DNA from: Suilimivivens sp.
GTDB taxonomy: Bacteria > Bacillota > Clostridia > Lachnospirales > Lachnospiraceae
DNA: 64,000 nucleotides
Assembly (NCBI GenBank): GCA_051879815.1
Contig: JBJEMT010000057.1
Span: forward strand, 8,210 to 72,209
Reading direction: 5' to 3'
Under the pieces are notes generated by a model. That model had not been told where the DNA came from and searched no databases. It saw only the letters and a program-made list of their open reading frames with translations. The position numbers and the translations under genes were made by a program. This document shows positions 48,252 to 58,634 of this stretch, piece after piece; positions within the stretch are counted from its first letter, which is position 1; each line of letters opens with the position of its first letter.

Positions 48252-50441
48252 CTATACCTCCATCAAATGAATCAGCCTGCCTTTAAAATCTCCCCAGAGA
48301 TTTTGTATATTGATTCCTGCTTTCATTAAAAGTTCTCCTGTATAAGTACCCTCTTCTCCTTCTATGCAATATACCTTTTCAGGATCAAGTCCCTTAAGCT
48401 GCAGCCTTCTGCTGTGATAATTAGGACGATTCAGTACCTGTACAAAGGTATAAAGTGCTTCCTTTTTATCCTTGCTGACAACACCATAACAGTCATAATA
48501 ATGGTTCTCTGCATAAGATGCGAGCCTGTAATAATCGCCTTCCCTGACAAGATCATTGTACTTATGATACATGGCAACCTGCTCAGGGATCATTGCTCTG
48601 TCTTCCTCCGGAATCTTTGTCACATCCAATTCATAGCCAAAAGTTCCCGCAAGTGCCACATAACCTCTTGTCTCAAAGGGAGTTATCCTGCCCACAGTAT
48701 GGTTGGGACAATCGGACACATGTGCGCCCATGGCAGACAACGGATAGATCAGTGCCGTACCTTCCTGAATTTTAAGCCTTTCAATGGCATCCGTATCATC
48801 GGAGCACCAGATCTGCGGACTGTAATACAACATGCCGGGGTCAAATCTTGCCCCGCCGCCGGAACAGTTTTCAAGCAAAAGATGAGGAAATTCCTGAACC
48901 AGTCTTTCCTGCATTTCATAGACAGCCAGAACATATCTGTGATATAACTCACCCATTCTGTCTGCAGGAAGCTCTGCAGATCCGATATCGGAAAGCTGTC
49001 TGTTCATATCCCACTTTACATATTCAATATTGGCGCTTCGAAGAATTTTCGCCACGCATTCATAAGCATAATCTCTTACTTCTTTTCTGGTAAGATCCAG
49101 CACATACTGATTTCTGCAAAGGCTGGCCTCTCTTCCCGGAATGGCAATTGCCCAGTCGGGATGCGCTCTGTAAAGATCGGAGTCCGGAGATATCATTTCC
49201 GGTTCAAACCAGATTCCAAATTTCATACCCAGTTTATTTACCTCATCCACCAGATATTTCAGACCGCCCTTTAACTTATTCTCGTTGACAAACCAGTCAC
49301 CCAGTGCCCTGTTGTCATCACAGCGGTTGCCAAACCAGCCATCGTCCATAACCAGCATTTCAATGCCCAGCGCAGATGCCTGCTTTGCAATAGCAATCAG
49401 CTTTTCCGTATCAAAATCAAAGTAAGTTGCCTCCCAGTTATTGATCAGAATAGGGCGTTTTTTGTCCTTATATTCACCGCGGATCAAATGCTTTCTGTAA
49501 AAATCATGAAAGGTTCTGGACATTTGACCAAGCCCTTTATCCGAGTACACCATGACAACTTCCGGTGCCTGAAATTCTTCTCCTTTTTCAAGCTTCCAGG
49601 TAAAATCCGTGGGATGGATACCCATTACCATCCGAACCTGATCGAACTGGTCTGACTGTACCTGTACCTTAAAGTTACCGGAATATACGAAGTGCATAGC
49701 ATAAACTTCTCCGGTTTCCTGAGTAGTATTCTTTGTCTTCAGTGCCATAAAAGGATGGTCCTGATGACTGGATTCTCCCCGGATGGATTCCACACTGTAT
49801 TTCCCGTGACTTACCGGCACACTCTGAATCTGACGTTCTCTTGCCCAGGAACCGTGCAGGGAAACTGCTTCGAAATCTTTATTGTCCATATCAAGACAGG
49901 CTGAATATACCTTTGTCAGATAAACAGCCTCCGTACTGTCATTGATCACCTTAACGCTTCTTGTAATAACGTCCACATCCTCAAAAACACCATATTGTAA
50001 TACTGCCTTAAGTCCTGTTACCTTGTCTTCACACAAAATCTCAAGCACGCTGCAGTCCTTTTCGCTTCCGAAAGAAGACGGCAGATCCTTGTAGGAAATC
50101 TTTCCTTCTGTAATTTTATGGGAAACATAAGAAAGAGAAAGGGCTACATTACCCTGCATAGTTCTGATACTGATACAGCTTTCACGATAATCGCCAAGTC
50201 CGTGAGTGGGATATTCCATGGCAAAGCTGTCAAGAAAAGACACCCTGTCACGATTGTTTACGGAAGGCACAAAGGGATTCTCCTGTATCCTCATTAGATA
50301 ATTCACATGATGATCATTCAATCTGGCGCCATAGTAAATGTGACCAAGGAATTTATCTTCATCTACGATGCCGATAGCATAGGTAGTATTTTTCGTGTCC
50401 AGTTTAAAAAGCTGTTCTTCCTGATAAAAAGAAATAGGCAT
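48252..50441 (-). CDS. GH36 alpha-galactosidase
   Basis: LINNWEATYF, VMDDGWF, FGIWFEPEM, VKWDMNR, CSGGGARFD, WCSDDTD. Confidence 0.93.
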   Translation of the reverse strand: MPISFYQEEQLFKLDTKNTTYAIGIVDEDKFLGHIYYGARLNDHHVNYLMRIQENPFVPSVNNRDRVSFLDSFAMEYPTHGLGDYRESCISIRTMQGNVALSLSYVSHKITEGKISYKDLPSSFGSEKDCSVLEILCEDKVTGLKAVLQYGVFEDVDVITRSVKVINDSTEAVYLTKVYSACLDMDNKDFEAVSLHGSWARERQIQSVPVSHGKYSVESIRGESSHQDHPFMALKTKNTTQETGEVYAMHFVYSGNFKVQVQSDQFDQVRMVMGIHPTDFTWKLEKGEEFQAPEVVMVYSDKGLGQMSRTFHDFYRKHLIRGEYKDKKRPILINNWEATYFDFDTEKLIAIAKQASALGIEMLVMDDGWFGNRCDDNRALGDWFVNENKLKGGLKYLVDEVNKLGMKFGIWFEPEMISPDSDLYRAHPDWAIAIPGREASLCRNQYVLDLTRKEVRDYAYECVAKILRSANIEYVKWDMNRQLSDIGSAELPADRMGELYHRYVLAVYEMQERLVQEFPHLLLENCSGGGARFDPGMLYYSPQIWCSDDTDAIERLKIQEGTALIYPLSAMGAHVSDCPNHTVGRITPFETRGYVALAGTFGYELDVTKIPEEDRAMIPEQVAMYHKYNDLVREGDYYRLASYAENHYYDCYGVVSKDKKEALYTFVQVLNRPNYHSRRLQLKGLDPEKVYCIEGEEGTYTGELLMKAGINIQNLWGDFKGRLIHLMEV

Positions 50442-50492
50442 AACTCATCCTCCCAATATGTTTTTTAGCTAAAAAAATGCCGTTTCACATAA

Positions 50493-50520
50493 ATTATAAA
50501 GTAATTTTCTGCATTGTCAA
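50493..50520 (-). promoter_or_regulatory. Sigma-A promoter of the GH36-GH36-LacI operon
   Basis: TTGACA-16nt-TATAAT. Confidence 0.65.
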
Positions 50521-50616
50521 CAAATTAGAAGGCTTCAAATTCACAAATAGTTCACAAAAATAAAGCTTCAATTTTGGTATATTTTATCATTCCCGTTTTC
50601 CTTTTCTTATCCCGGA

Positions 50617-51999
50617 TCAGGCTTCCAGATATTTTCTGTAATTATCAATTTCTTCAGGCACTCCACCTGCAGAATTTTCCAGCTTCTTGCAAAGAAGAGT
50701 TATCCTGTGGAGCTTCTTCGCATTCTGTACAGTAAACTTTTCTATTGCCTGCTTGTAAAGAGGATTGGTTTCCAGTCTTTTCCGCGTTTCCTTCGGAAAA
50801 GGACAGTAGGTAAATAAAATATTTCTTGCCGCCTTATTTAATCTTGGCAGACCTTCACTTTCATAACGCATCCACAGGATATAGTCTGTCACAAACATTA
50901 ACTTATAGTTATTTCTCACCTTTATCAGCTGGGCTTTTATTTTTTCTTTTGTTTCCGCAGACAATTCCTTATTCTTCCTGTAAAACTGTACATAATCATA
51001 ATATTCACTGGTAAGGGAAGGCTCTGAAAGATCGTTCCATCTGCCGCCCTGGTCACGCTTGCACATTTCCCAGCGAAATTCTCCTGTCATATGCAACATG
51101 CTCTGGGCAAATTCCTCGGTATGAAAGACAGAACACATCATTCTTGCCGGTGTAGTACGTTTTTTCCCTTCGATTTCCTGCCACGTGATGCTTCTCCCGC
51201 CTACGTTTGGCATCAGAATAATATCCGGCAGCACTTCCACTTCAACCATTTCATTCAGATTATTTTTCTGGTCCGAAAACAGAGTTCCTCTGTAAAAGGC
51301 TTTAAAGTCTTTACTTCGGATCTTATCAATTTCCGCAACTACTTTATCTGCAGTCACCAGCTGCGAACTTAACCCTTTAAAAACGTTATGCTTGGAAAAT
51401 ACCGGACAAAATACGCTGAGTTGTCCAAAGGTAAGCTTATTGACCACCGGAAATACATTCTGTATCTCGAAGATCACTCTGGAAAGGTTGCTCTGCAAAA
51501 GAGCCGCCTCCTGATCCTTGCTGATTCTGCCCATTTTCTTCTGCTCATGAAGATATTCCCGATAGTCCATATCAAGCTCGTTTCTGCTTGTCTCCTTTTT
51601 TCCCCTGTATATCGCCATCAGCCACTGATAAAGGGAATAGACTCCTCTCTCCGGATCAGTAGGCATACTCTGGGCCAATCCATAGAGATACACTGCGTTA
51701 TCCATGCCTGCCAGCTCTTCATCAACATACCCAAAGTCAAAAAGCATCCTTATGATAACGGGCAGACTTCCTGTTCTTAAACTGGCTTTAAATGCAGCTT
51801 CATATACCTTATAAAATAATCCTGTCAGTTTACGGCGGAGACTCACCGCATATTCCTGACTGCTGTTTTTGTCTTTCAGTTCCCTGTAGGCTGCGATATT
51901 GACTTTAAAATCATTGACAAGTCCTTCCTCGCAGCCCGCATATTTCAGTATTTTGTCGAGAGAGCCTGTAAGCTCCTGTTTTACCTTCTCAATTTCCAC
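50617..51999 (-). CDS. Hypothetical protein resembling the C-terminal region of large cNMP-binding-domain proteins
   Basis: 460 aa; GTG start 2 nt after the glpK stop; ILMPNVG..ITWQE, GEFRWEMCK..QG.RWND..EPSLTSEY.DY.QFYRKN. Confidence 0.7.
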   Translation of the reverse strand: MEIEKVKQELTGSLDKILKYAGCEEGLVNDFKVNIAAYRELKDKNSSQEYAVSLRRKLTGLFYKVYEAAFKASLRTGSLPVIIRMLFDFGYVDEELAGMDNAVYLYGLAQSMPTDPERGVYSLYQWLMAIYRGKKETSRNELDMDYREYLHEQKKMGRISKDQEAALLQSNLSRVIFEIQNVFPVVNKLTFGQLSVFCPVFSKHNVFKGLSSQLVTADKVVAEIDKIRSKDFKAFYRGTLFSDQKNNLNEMVEVEVLPDIILMPNVGGRSITWQEIEGKKRTTPARMMCSVFHTEEFAQSMLHMTGEFRWEMCKRDQGGRWNDLSEPSLTSEYYDYVQFYRKNKELSAETKEKIKAQLIKVRNNYKLMFVTDYILWMRYESEGLPRLNKAARNILFTYCPFPKETRKRLETNPLYKQAIEKFTVQNAKKLHRITLLCKKLENSAGGVPEEIDNYRKYLEA

Positions 52000-52001
52000 A
52001 A

Positions 52002-53504
52002 CTATTCTTCCTCATCAGAAGCCCAAAGCAATGCACATTTCACTGCCTTTTTCCAACCTTTCAAAAGCGCCTCTCTTTGGGTTTCTCCCATCTCATGAAT
52101 AAATTTCCTGGAAAGCTGCCAGTTCTGACAGATTTCCTCTTTACTTTTATAGTAACCCACCGCAAGTCCTGCAAGATAAGCTGCCCCAAGAGCCGTAGTC
52201 TCAATACACTCAGGTCTGTAAACCGTACCTCCCAGAATATCCGCCTGAAACTGCATCAGGAAATCATTGGCACTGGCTCCGCCGTCTACTTTAAGACCAG
52301 CTATGGAAACCTCTGCATCCTCCTCCATAGCTTTCAGCACATCTATGGTCTGATAAGCAATGGATTCCAGCGTTGCCCTGATGAAATGCTCTTTTTGACA
52401 GCCTCTGGTAATTCCAACCACAGTTCCCCTTGCATATGGGTTCCAGTAAGGAGCACCCATTCCTGCAAAAGCAGGTACGATATAAACTCCTGAGGTATCC
52501 TCCACTTTTTCCGCGTATTCCTGTGTCTGGGCTGCACTCTTAATCATCCGCATACCGTCCCGAAGCCACTGGATCGCTGCTCCTGCCACAAAGACACTAC
52601 CTTCTAATGCATATTCTACCTCATTACCGGTACTTGCTGCAATAGTTGTTAACAATCCGTGTCTGGAGGTAATAGCTTCTTTTCCCGTATTCATCAGAAG
52701 AAAGCACCCTGTTCCATATGTATTTTTTACCTGCCCCTTTTCAAAACAGCACTGCCCGAACAGCGCCGCCTGCTGATCCCCGGCGATTCCGGCAATGGGA
52801 ATTTCCCCGCCTGTCACAGAGCGGTCTGTATATCCGTAAACACAGCTTGACGGTTTTACCTGTGGAAGCATACTTTCCGGAATCTTAAGGAGAGAAAGCA
52901 GCTCCTTATCCCAACACAATTTGTGGATATCAAAGATCATTGTTCTGGAAGCATTGGTATAATCCGTCACATGTACCGTTCCTTTTGTCAAATTATAAAT
53001 CAGCCAGGTATCCACAGTCCCGAATAACAGCTCTCCTTTTTCAGCTCTTTCTCTTGCTCCCGGCACATGATCCAGAATCCAGGCAATCTTGGTTCCACTG
53101 AAATAAGCATCAGGGATCAGTCCTGTTTTCTCCTTGATCATGTCACCATAGCCCTGCGCTGTCAGTTCATCGATTTTTTCCGCCGTACGCCTGCATTGCC
53201 AGACAATGGCATTATATACAGGCTCCCCTGTTTTTTTATCCCATACGATAGTGGTTTCCCTCTGATTGGTGATTCCGATTCCGCTGATATCCGAAGGTGT
53301 GGCTCCCACCATTGCCATTGCCTCTGTCAGCACCGCCAGCTGAGAAGACCAGATCTCCATAGGATTATGCTCCACCCAGCCGGGCTTTGGATAAATCTGT
53401 GTAAATTCTTTCTGCGCCATGCTGCAGATGGTTCCCTTTTTATCAAACAGGATACACCGGGAACTGGTGGTACCCTGGTCAAGTGCTATAATGTATTTTC
53501 CCAT
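52002..53504 (-). CDS. glpK: Glycerol kinase
   Basis: [45 protein letters not shown]. Confidence 0.97.
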   Translation of the reverse strand: MGKYIIALDQGTTSSRCILFDKKGTICSMAQKEFTQIYPKPGWVEHNPMEIWSSQLAVLTEAMAMVGATPSDISGIGITNQRETTIVWDKKTGEPVYNAIVWQCRRTAEKIDELTAQGYGDMIKEKTGLIPDAYFSGTKIAWILDHVPGARERAEKGELLFGTVDTWLIYNLTKGTVHVTDYTNASRTMIFDIHKLCWDKELLSLLKIPESMLPQVKPSSCVYGYTDRSVTGGEIPIAGIAGDQQAALFGQCCFEKGQVKNTYGTGCFLLMNTGKEAITSRHGLLTTIAASTGNEVEYALEGSVFVAGAAIQWLRDGMRMIKSAAQTQEYAEKVEDTSGVYIVPAFAGMGAPYWNPYARGTVVGITRGCQKEHFIRATLESIAYQTIDVLKAMEEDAEVSIAGLKVDGGASANDFLMQFQADILGGTVYRPECIETTALGAAYLAGLAVGYYKSKEEICQNWQLSRKFIHEMGETQREALLKGWKKAVKCALLWASDEEE

Positions 53505-53559
53505 ACTCATACCTTCCTTTTTTACTGCTTATCCGTAATCCCCGTTTCTTACCGCTTTT

Positions 53560-54966
53560 TTATTCTGCATCCGTAGTGGCAACTATATCCACACCGGTAC
53601 CTGCCACGTCAGCTATCACTACATCCCCCAGTCTGACAGGTGCCTGCACAACAGTGTGATTTATGCTCTCCATACATTCAAAAATCTTACCCTTGGGAAT
53701 CTCTCCCTTTGTTTTGACGGATACCACTTTATTTTTTCCGCCGGACACCTTAACAATGGAAGTGACCGTTCGCTTTGGCGCTGTCACTTCGTTTCTGGCA
53801 TATTCCTCTCCCTTCTTACAGGTATTTCCCGTAATGGAAAGAGTGCCGTCCGGATTTTTGTCTACCGTAACAAGACATCCGTTGGGACAACCGATACAAA
53901 TAAGCGTTTTTTCTGCATCTCTCCCCTGTGGAATCACACTTTTTGTCTTTGCAGGAATCCTGGGTCTTACCGCTTCTCCCCAGTCCCTGTTCTTTTCCTT
54001 TACATAAGCTGCTGCATTTGCACCTGCTTCCACTGCTTCTTTTGATACATTGTCCACAAGGTCATGTACATGCAATACATTGCCGCAGGCAAAAATGCCC
54101 TCTGCCGTAGTTTCCAGCCTCGCGTTTACCACAGGTCCCTGGGTTACCGGATCCATCTCTGCTCCTGCTGCTTCCGACAGCTCATTTTCCGGAATCAGAC
54201 CGCAGGATAAAAGCAGAGTATCACAGGTCACATATTCCTCTGAGCCGGGTATGGGCTTTAAATTCTCATCCACCTTTGAAACCGTAACGCCCTCTATCCT
54301 GTCTTTTCCGCGGATTTCCGTCACGGTATGGCTGAGCTTTAAGGGAATACCAAAGTCGTCCAGACACTGGACAATATTTCTTTTCAGTCCCCCGGAATAA
54401 GGCATGATCTCGGCCACCATCTTCACCTTTGCCCCCTGCAGGCTCATTCTCCTTGCCATGATCAGTCCGATATCTCCTGAGCCGAGAACCACAACTTCCT
54501 TTCCCGGCATACGCCCCTCAATATTAACAAACCTCTGAGCGGTACCTGCACTGTAAATACCGGAAGGACGGCTTCCCGGAATATTCATGGCGCCCCTCGG
54601 TCTCTCCCTGCATCCCATGGCAAGCACCACCGCCTTTGCCTTTATCTCAAAAAGTCCCCTGTCATGGTTCATGGCAGTCACAATGCAGTGGTCTCCTCCC
54701 TTTACATCCACTACCATGGTATGGAGCAGATAAGGAATTTTCTTTTCATAGACCATGGCAATATATCGGGCTGCATATTCCGGTCCTGTCAATTCTTCTT
54801 TAAATGTATGAAGCCCGAATCCATTATGAATGCACTGGTTCAAAATGCCTCCCAGTTCCTTATCTCTTTCCAGGATCAGAATATCCGTTACTCCCTTTTC
54901 ATAAGCGGAAACCGCTGCTGCCATACCGGCAGGCCCTCCGCCGATAATCACTAAATCTGCCTTCAT
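53560..54966 (-). CDS. NAD(P)/FAD-dependent oxidoreductase fused to a C-terminal DUF1667-like (CxxC) domain
   Basis: IIGGGPAG, GGILNQCIHNGFG, CGNVLHVHD; then CIGCPNGC..GNTC..G.EYA..E. Confidence 0.85.
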   Translation of the reverse strand: MKADLVIIGGGPAGMAAAVSAYEKGVTDILILERDKELGGILNQCIHNGFGLHTFKEELTGPEYAARYIAMVYEKKIPYLLHTMVVDVKGGDHCIVTAMNHDRGLFEIKAKAVVLAMGCRERPRGAMNIPGSRPSGIYSAGTAQRFVNIEGRMPGKEVVVLGSGDIGLIMARRMSLQGAKVKMVAEIMPYSGGLKRNIVQCLDDFGIPLKLSHTVTEIRGKDRIEGVTVSKVDENLKPIPGSEEYVTCDTLLLSCGLIPENELSEAAGAEMDPVTQGPVVNARLETTAEGIFACGNVLHVHDLVDNVSKEAVEAGANAAAYVKEKNRDWGEAVRPRIPAKTKSVIPQGRDAEKTLICIGCPNGCLVTVDKNPDGTLSITGNTCKKGEEYARNEVTAPKRTVTSIVKVSGGKNKVVSVKTKGEIPKGKIFECMESINHTVVQAPVRLGDVVIADVAGTGVDIVATTDAE

Positions 54967-56438
54967 GATTTGCCGCCTCCTTCCTGTATGAAACTTCCTT
55001 TCTCCGTTTCCTCTTCAGGAAGAAGATAGCAGGACCCTTCCTCTGCCTTCATGATTTCACTTTCATCCACATGAAGCTCTCTTGCCAGTATTTCTATTGT
55101 CTTTGGCAGGCAAAAACCTGCCTGGCACCTTCCCATGCCTGCTCTCGTTCTGCGCTTTACACCATCTGTTGTGGTGGCTCCAAGGGGTCTTCTGATAGCA
55201 TCCAGAATCTCCCCTTCCGTCACCATCTCGCAGCGGCAGATCACATTGGCATAAGCCGGATTTTCCTGAATCAGGCGCTGCCGCTCTTCTTTCGATGCCA
55301 GTGCCATACTGGGAATTCCCTTTCTGGTTCCCACAAAGTTTTCATTATTTTCCGGTTTTAAAAATGTATTTACCATACCTGCCACATACTCCCCAACAGC
55401 AGGAGCTGCAGTCAGTCCAGGGGATTCCATGGCTGCCACATCAAAAAAGCCGGGAGCACCTTTTACTTCTTCTATGATAAAGTCACCTTTGGGTCCGTGT
55501 GCACGAAGCCCGGCAAAGGAAGTGATCACCTGGCGGGATGGCACTTCAAGTATACTTAATGCTGCCTTTTCCAGTATTTTTTCTAGTCCCTCGGAGGAAG
55601 TATCCACCTTATCCTTATCCTCCGTATCCTGCGCTGTGGGACCCGTGAGCAGGTTTCCATGTACGGTAGGCGTTACCAGAATTCCCTTTCCCAGAGTTGT
55701 GGGAAGCTGAAAAAGTGTATGGTTCACAAGATTTCCCACCTTTTTATCATAAAGCATATATTCTCCCTTTCGGGGAGTGATGCGAAAAGTATCCTCCTTC
55801 TCACATACCATATTGTGGATTTCATCGGCATAAACTCCGGCAGCATTAATGACTGCTTTTGTTTCATATTTTCCCCGGTTGGTGAGAATCTCATATCCTG
55901 TTTCCGTCTTCCTGATATTCTCTACTTTTGTTTTAAAGTAAAATTTCACCCCATTGACTGCCGCATTTTCCGCCAGGGCGATGGTAAGACCAAAGGGACA
56001 GATGATAGCGCCCGTGGGGGCATATAAGGCACCGACAACCTGATCTTGGATGTTCGGTTCCAGAGAAAGTACCTGCTCTCTGCTTAAAATCTGCAATTCC
56101 TTTACGCCGTTTTTTATTCCTCTTTCTTTCAGTTCTTCCAGCTTTTCCAAATCCTTCTCATCAAAACACAGCACCAGAGAACCGTTTCTTTTATAGGGAA
56201 AATCCAGCTCCTTTGAGAGCTGCTCCATCATATTGCTTCCCCTGACATTCAGCTTTGCCATTAACGTACCCGGCTTTGCATCAAAGCCTGCATGGGCAAT
56301 ACCGCTGTTTGCTTTGGAGGTTCCTTCGCACACATCCGTGCTTTTTTCAAGTACCGCTATATTCAGTTTTTTCTTAGACAATTCTCTTGCCACGGCACAG
56401 CCGTTCACTCCCGCACCGATGATAATTGCATCATACAT
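54963..56438 (-). CDS. FAD-dependent glycerol-3-phosphate dehydrogenase/oxidase-like subunit with BFD-like [2Fe-2S] domain
   Basis: IIGAGVNG, TSKANSGIAHAG, SPGLTAAP; ICRCE...RAGMGRCQAGFC; upstream of glpK. Confidence 0.85.
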   Translation of the reverse strand: MYDAIIIGAGVNGCAVARELSKKKLNIAVLEKSTDVCEGTSKANSGIAHAGFDAKPGTLMAKLNVRGSNMMEQLSKELDFPYKRNGSLVLCFDEKDLEKLEELKERGIKNGVKELQILSREQVLSLEPNIQDQVVGALYAPTGAIICPFGLTIALAENAAVNGVKFYFKTKVENIRKTETGYEILTNRGKYETKAVINAAGVYADEIHNMVCEKEDTFRITPRKGEYMLYDKKVGNLVNHTLFQLPTTLGKGILVTPTVHGNLLTGPTAQDTEDKDKVDTSSEGLEKILEKAALSILEVPSRQVITSFAGLRAHGPKGDFIIEEVKGAPGFFDVAAMESPGLTAAPAVGEYVAGMVNTFLKPENNENFVGTRKGIPSMALASKEERQRLIQENPAYANVICRCEMVTEGEILDAIRRPLGATTTDGVKRRTRAGMGRCQAGFCLPKTIEILARELHVDESEIMKAEEGSCYLLPEEETEKGSFIQEGGGKS

Positions 56439-56484
56439 AATTTCGTTCCTTTTTCTTTATGAGTTTCCAAATTTCAGCACCTAA

Positions 56485-56574
56485 GCAAAAACGACCATAC
56501 AAAATAGAAACTGTTCTTTTTTGTATGGTTCGTTTTTATTTGTCTATTATAACAGAATATTCAGCATTTCACAA
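56485..56574 (-). promoter_or_regulatory. Glycerol operon promoter followed by a leader terminator
   Basis: TTGTGA-17nt-TATAAT with TG extension (-10 at 56546-56551), then AAAAACGAACCATACAAAA/TTTTGTATGGTCGTTTTT hairpin before the first gene. Confidence 0.65.
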
Positions 56575-56643
56575 TTATCTATCTGCCAATTTACACGGAT
56601 TTTTCAGAATTTTTACTCAATTTATCAAGAGACAATTGAGGCA

Positions 56644-57822
56644 CTAGTGATGGAACAGTCTGATTCCGGTGAACACCATTGCCATACCGTATTTATCACA
56701 GCATTCAATCACAGCGTCATCCCTTACGGAGCCGCCGGGCTGTGCGATATACTTTACACCGCTCTTGTGGGCGCGCTCCACATTGTCGGAGAAGGGGAAG
56801 AAAGCATCAGAGCCCACCGTCACATCCTGCATTTTGTCAAGCCATGCTCTCTTTTCTTCTCTCGTAAAGACAGGAGGCTTCTCCTTGAACACTCTCTGCC
56901 ATGCACCCTCAGCAAGTACATCCATACACTCATCTCCCATGTAAACATCAATGGCATTGTCTCTGTCAGCCCTGCCAAGTCCGTCCACAAACTGAAGATT
57001 CATGACCTGCGGTGACTGACGCAGGAACCAGTTATCTGCTTTCTGTCCTGCCAGTCTTGTACAATGGATTCTGGACTGTTGTCCTGCGCCGATACCGATT
57101 GCCTGACCATCCTTCACATAGCATACGGAGTTTGACTGTGTATATTTTAAGGTGATAAGCGCAATCTTCATATCAATGACTGCACTTTCAGGAATCTCTT
57201 TATTCTTTGTCACAATATTGGATAACAGGTCTGCGTCAATGTTCAATTCGTTTCTTCCCTGTTCGAAGGTAATTCCGTATACCTGTTTTCTCTCTACGGG
57301 AGATGGCACATAAGATTCGTCGATCTGAATCACATTATAATTGCCTTTTTTCTTTGCCTTCAACATTTCAAGCGCTTCCGGTGTGTAGCCGGGTGCGATC
57401 ACACCGTCGGAAACCTCTCGCTTGATCAGCCTTGCGGTATCTGCATCACACACGTCAGACAATGCGATAAAATCACCGAAAGAACTCATTCTGTCAGCCC
57501 CTCTTGCTCTTGCATAGGCACAGGCCAGGGGAGACAATTCTCCCAGGTCATCCACCCAGTAAATCTTCGCAAGTGTTTCCGTTAACGGCAGGCCTACCGC
57601 TGCGCCTGCAGGAGAAACGTGCTTAAAAGAAGTTGCTGCAGGAAGTCCTGTTGCTTTCTTAAGTTCCTTGACAAGCTGCCAGCCGTTAAAGGCATCCAGA
57701 AAATTGATATAGCCGGGCTTTCCGTTCAACACGGTAACGGGAAGCTCACTGCCATCCTCCATAAAAATCCGGGAAGGTTTTTGATTGGGATTACATCCGT
57801 ACTTTAATTCGATCTCGTTCAT
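56644..57822 (-). CDS. purH: AICAR transformylase (stand-alone PurH C-terminal domain)
   Basis: LKYGCNPNQ, SFKHVSPAGAA, SSFGDF, KYTQSNSV, GAGQQSR, SDAFFPF, QPGGS, RLFHH; no cyclohydrolase domain. Confidence 0.9.
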   Translation of the reverse strand: MNEIELKYGCNPNQKPSRIFMEDGSELPVTVLNGKPGYINFLDAFNGWQLVKELKKATGLPAATSFKHVSPAGAAVGLPLTETLAKIYWVDDLGELSPLACAYARARGADRMSSFGDFIALSDVCDADTARLIKREVSDGVIAPGYTPEALEMLKAKKKGNYNVIQIDESYVPSPVERKQVYGITFEQGRNELNIDADLLSNIVTKNKEIPESAVIDMKIALITLKYTQSNSVCYVKDGQAIGIGAGQQSRIHCTRLAGQKADNWFLRQSPQVMNLQFVDGLGRADRDNAIDVYMGDECMDVLAEGAWQRVFKEKPPVFTREEKRAWLDKMQDVTVGSDAFFPFSDNVERAHKSGVKYIAQPGGSVRDDAVIECCDKYGMAMVFTGIRLFHH

Positions 57823-57890
57823 AACTGACTCCTTTTATCCGTTCAAAGTTCATTGCCGCTATCGGCATTATCATGACCGTTTGGCCCGCT

Positions 57891-58604
57891 CTATGCGTTC
57901 TTATTTACAATCTTACTTGTGTATTCACCGGTTGCAATATCGATATACCTTACAAACAGGGATACCTTGTTTTCCTCATTCAGGCTGTTCCAAAGCATAT
58001 CCGTAAATGCATTCATATCATCGGGAATCGCTACCAGCTTGGGCTCTCCTTCAAAACTGGGAAGGGGATTGCCGTCATGCATATAGGTATGAATGAAGTG
58101 TCCTTCTCCTGCCGTGGGATTTTCATAGGCAAAAGTATATCTGTTGCAGCTGTCAGGATTTCCGTTGTTGCTCTTTAAAATAGACATTGCATAGTTATAA
58201 CCGCCGTTTTCGATATGCATAATCCCGGAAATACGAGGTGTATAGTTGGGATCGTCCGGCTCAAACTCTCTGCATCTTAAGGACTGTTCAAAAGTAAGCT
58301 GCTTGTCCATACCCTCATAAATAGTATCTGTCTGATCGCCGTTTGTGACGATAGTCTTGTTGCCAAGAACTCTTACCGGTGCATAAATGATAAGGCTCGG
58401 ATCCTCCAGTTTGGAAGGATCAAAGGCCTGGGTTCTGATTCCCTGCCCTTCTTCCACAAATACACGGTTTCTGCTGTTTGAACTTCTTCCCATGATAAAG
58501 TATGCAGTCACTGCATATTTTCCGTTTGCAGACTTACCGATCACGATTCCCCTTCCGGGATAAGCATTGCTTTTCAGTTCTTCTTCCAGTGATAACATCT
58601 TCAT
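57891..58604 (-). CDS. IMP cyclohydrolase-like protein (PurO-like, Ntn fold)
   Basis: YPGRGI, YFIMGRS.NSRNR, VTNGDQTD, FEPD.PNYTPRISG; co-transcribed with the transformylase. Confidence 0.88.
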   Translation of the reverse strand: MKMLSLEEELKSNAYPGRGIVIGKSANGKYAVTAYFIMGRSSNSRNRVFVEEGQGIRTQAFDPSKLEDPSLIIYAPVRVLGNKTIVTNGDQTDTIYEGMDKQLTFEQSLRCREFEPDDPNYTPRISGIMHIENGGYNYAMSILKSNNGNPDSCNRYTFAYENPTAGEGHFIHTYMHDGNPLPSFEGEPKLVAIPDDMNAFTDMLWNSLNEENKVSLFVRYIDIATGEYTSKIVNKNA

Positions 58605-58634
58605 TTTCTGACCTCCTGTTTTCTATTGACATTT

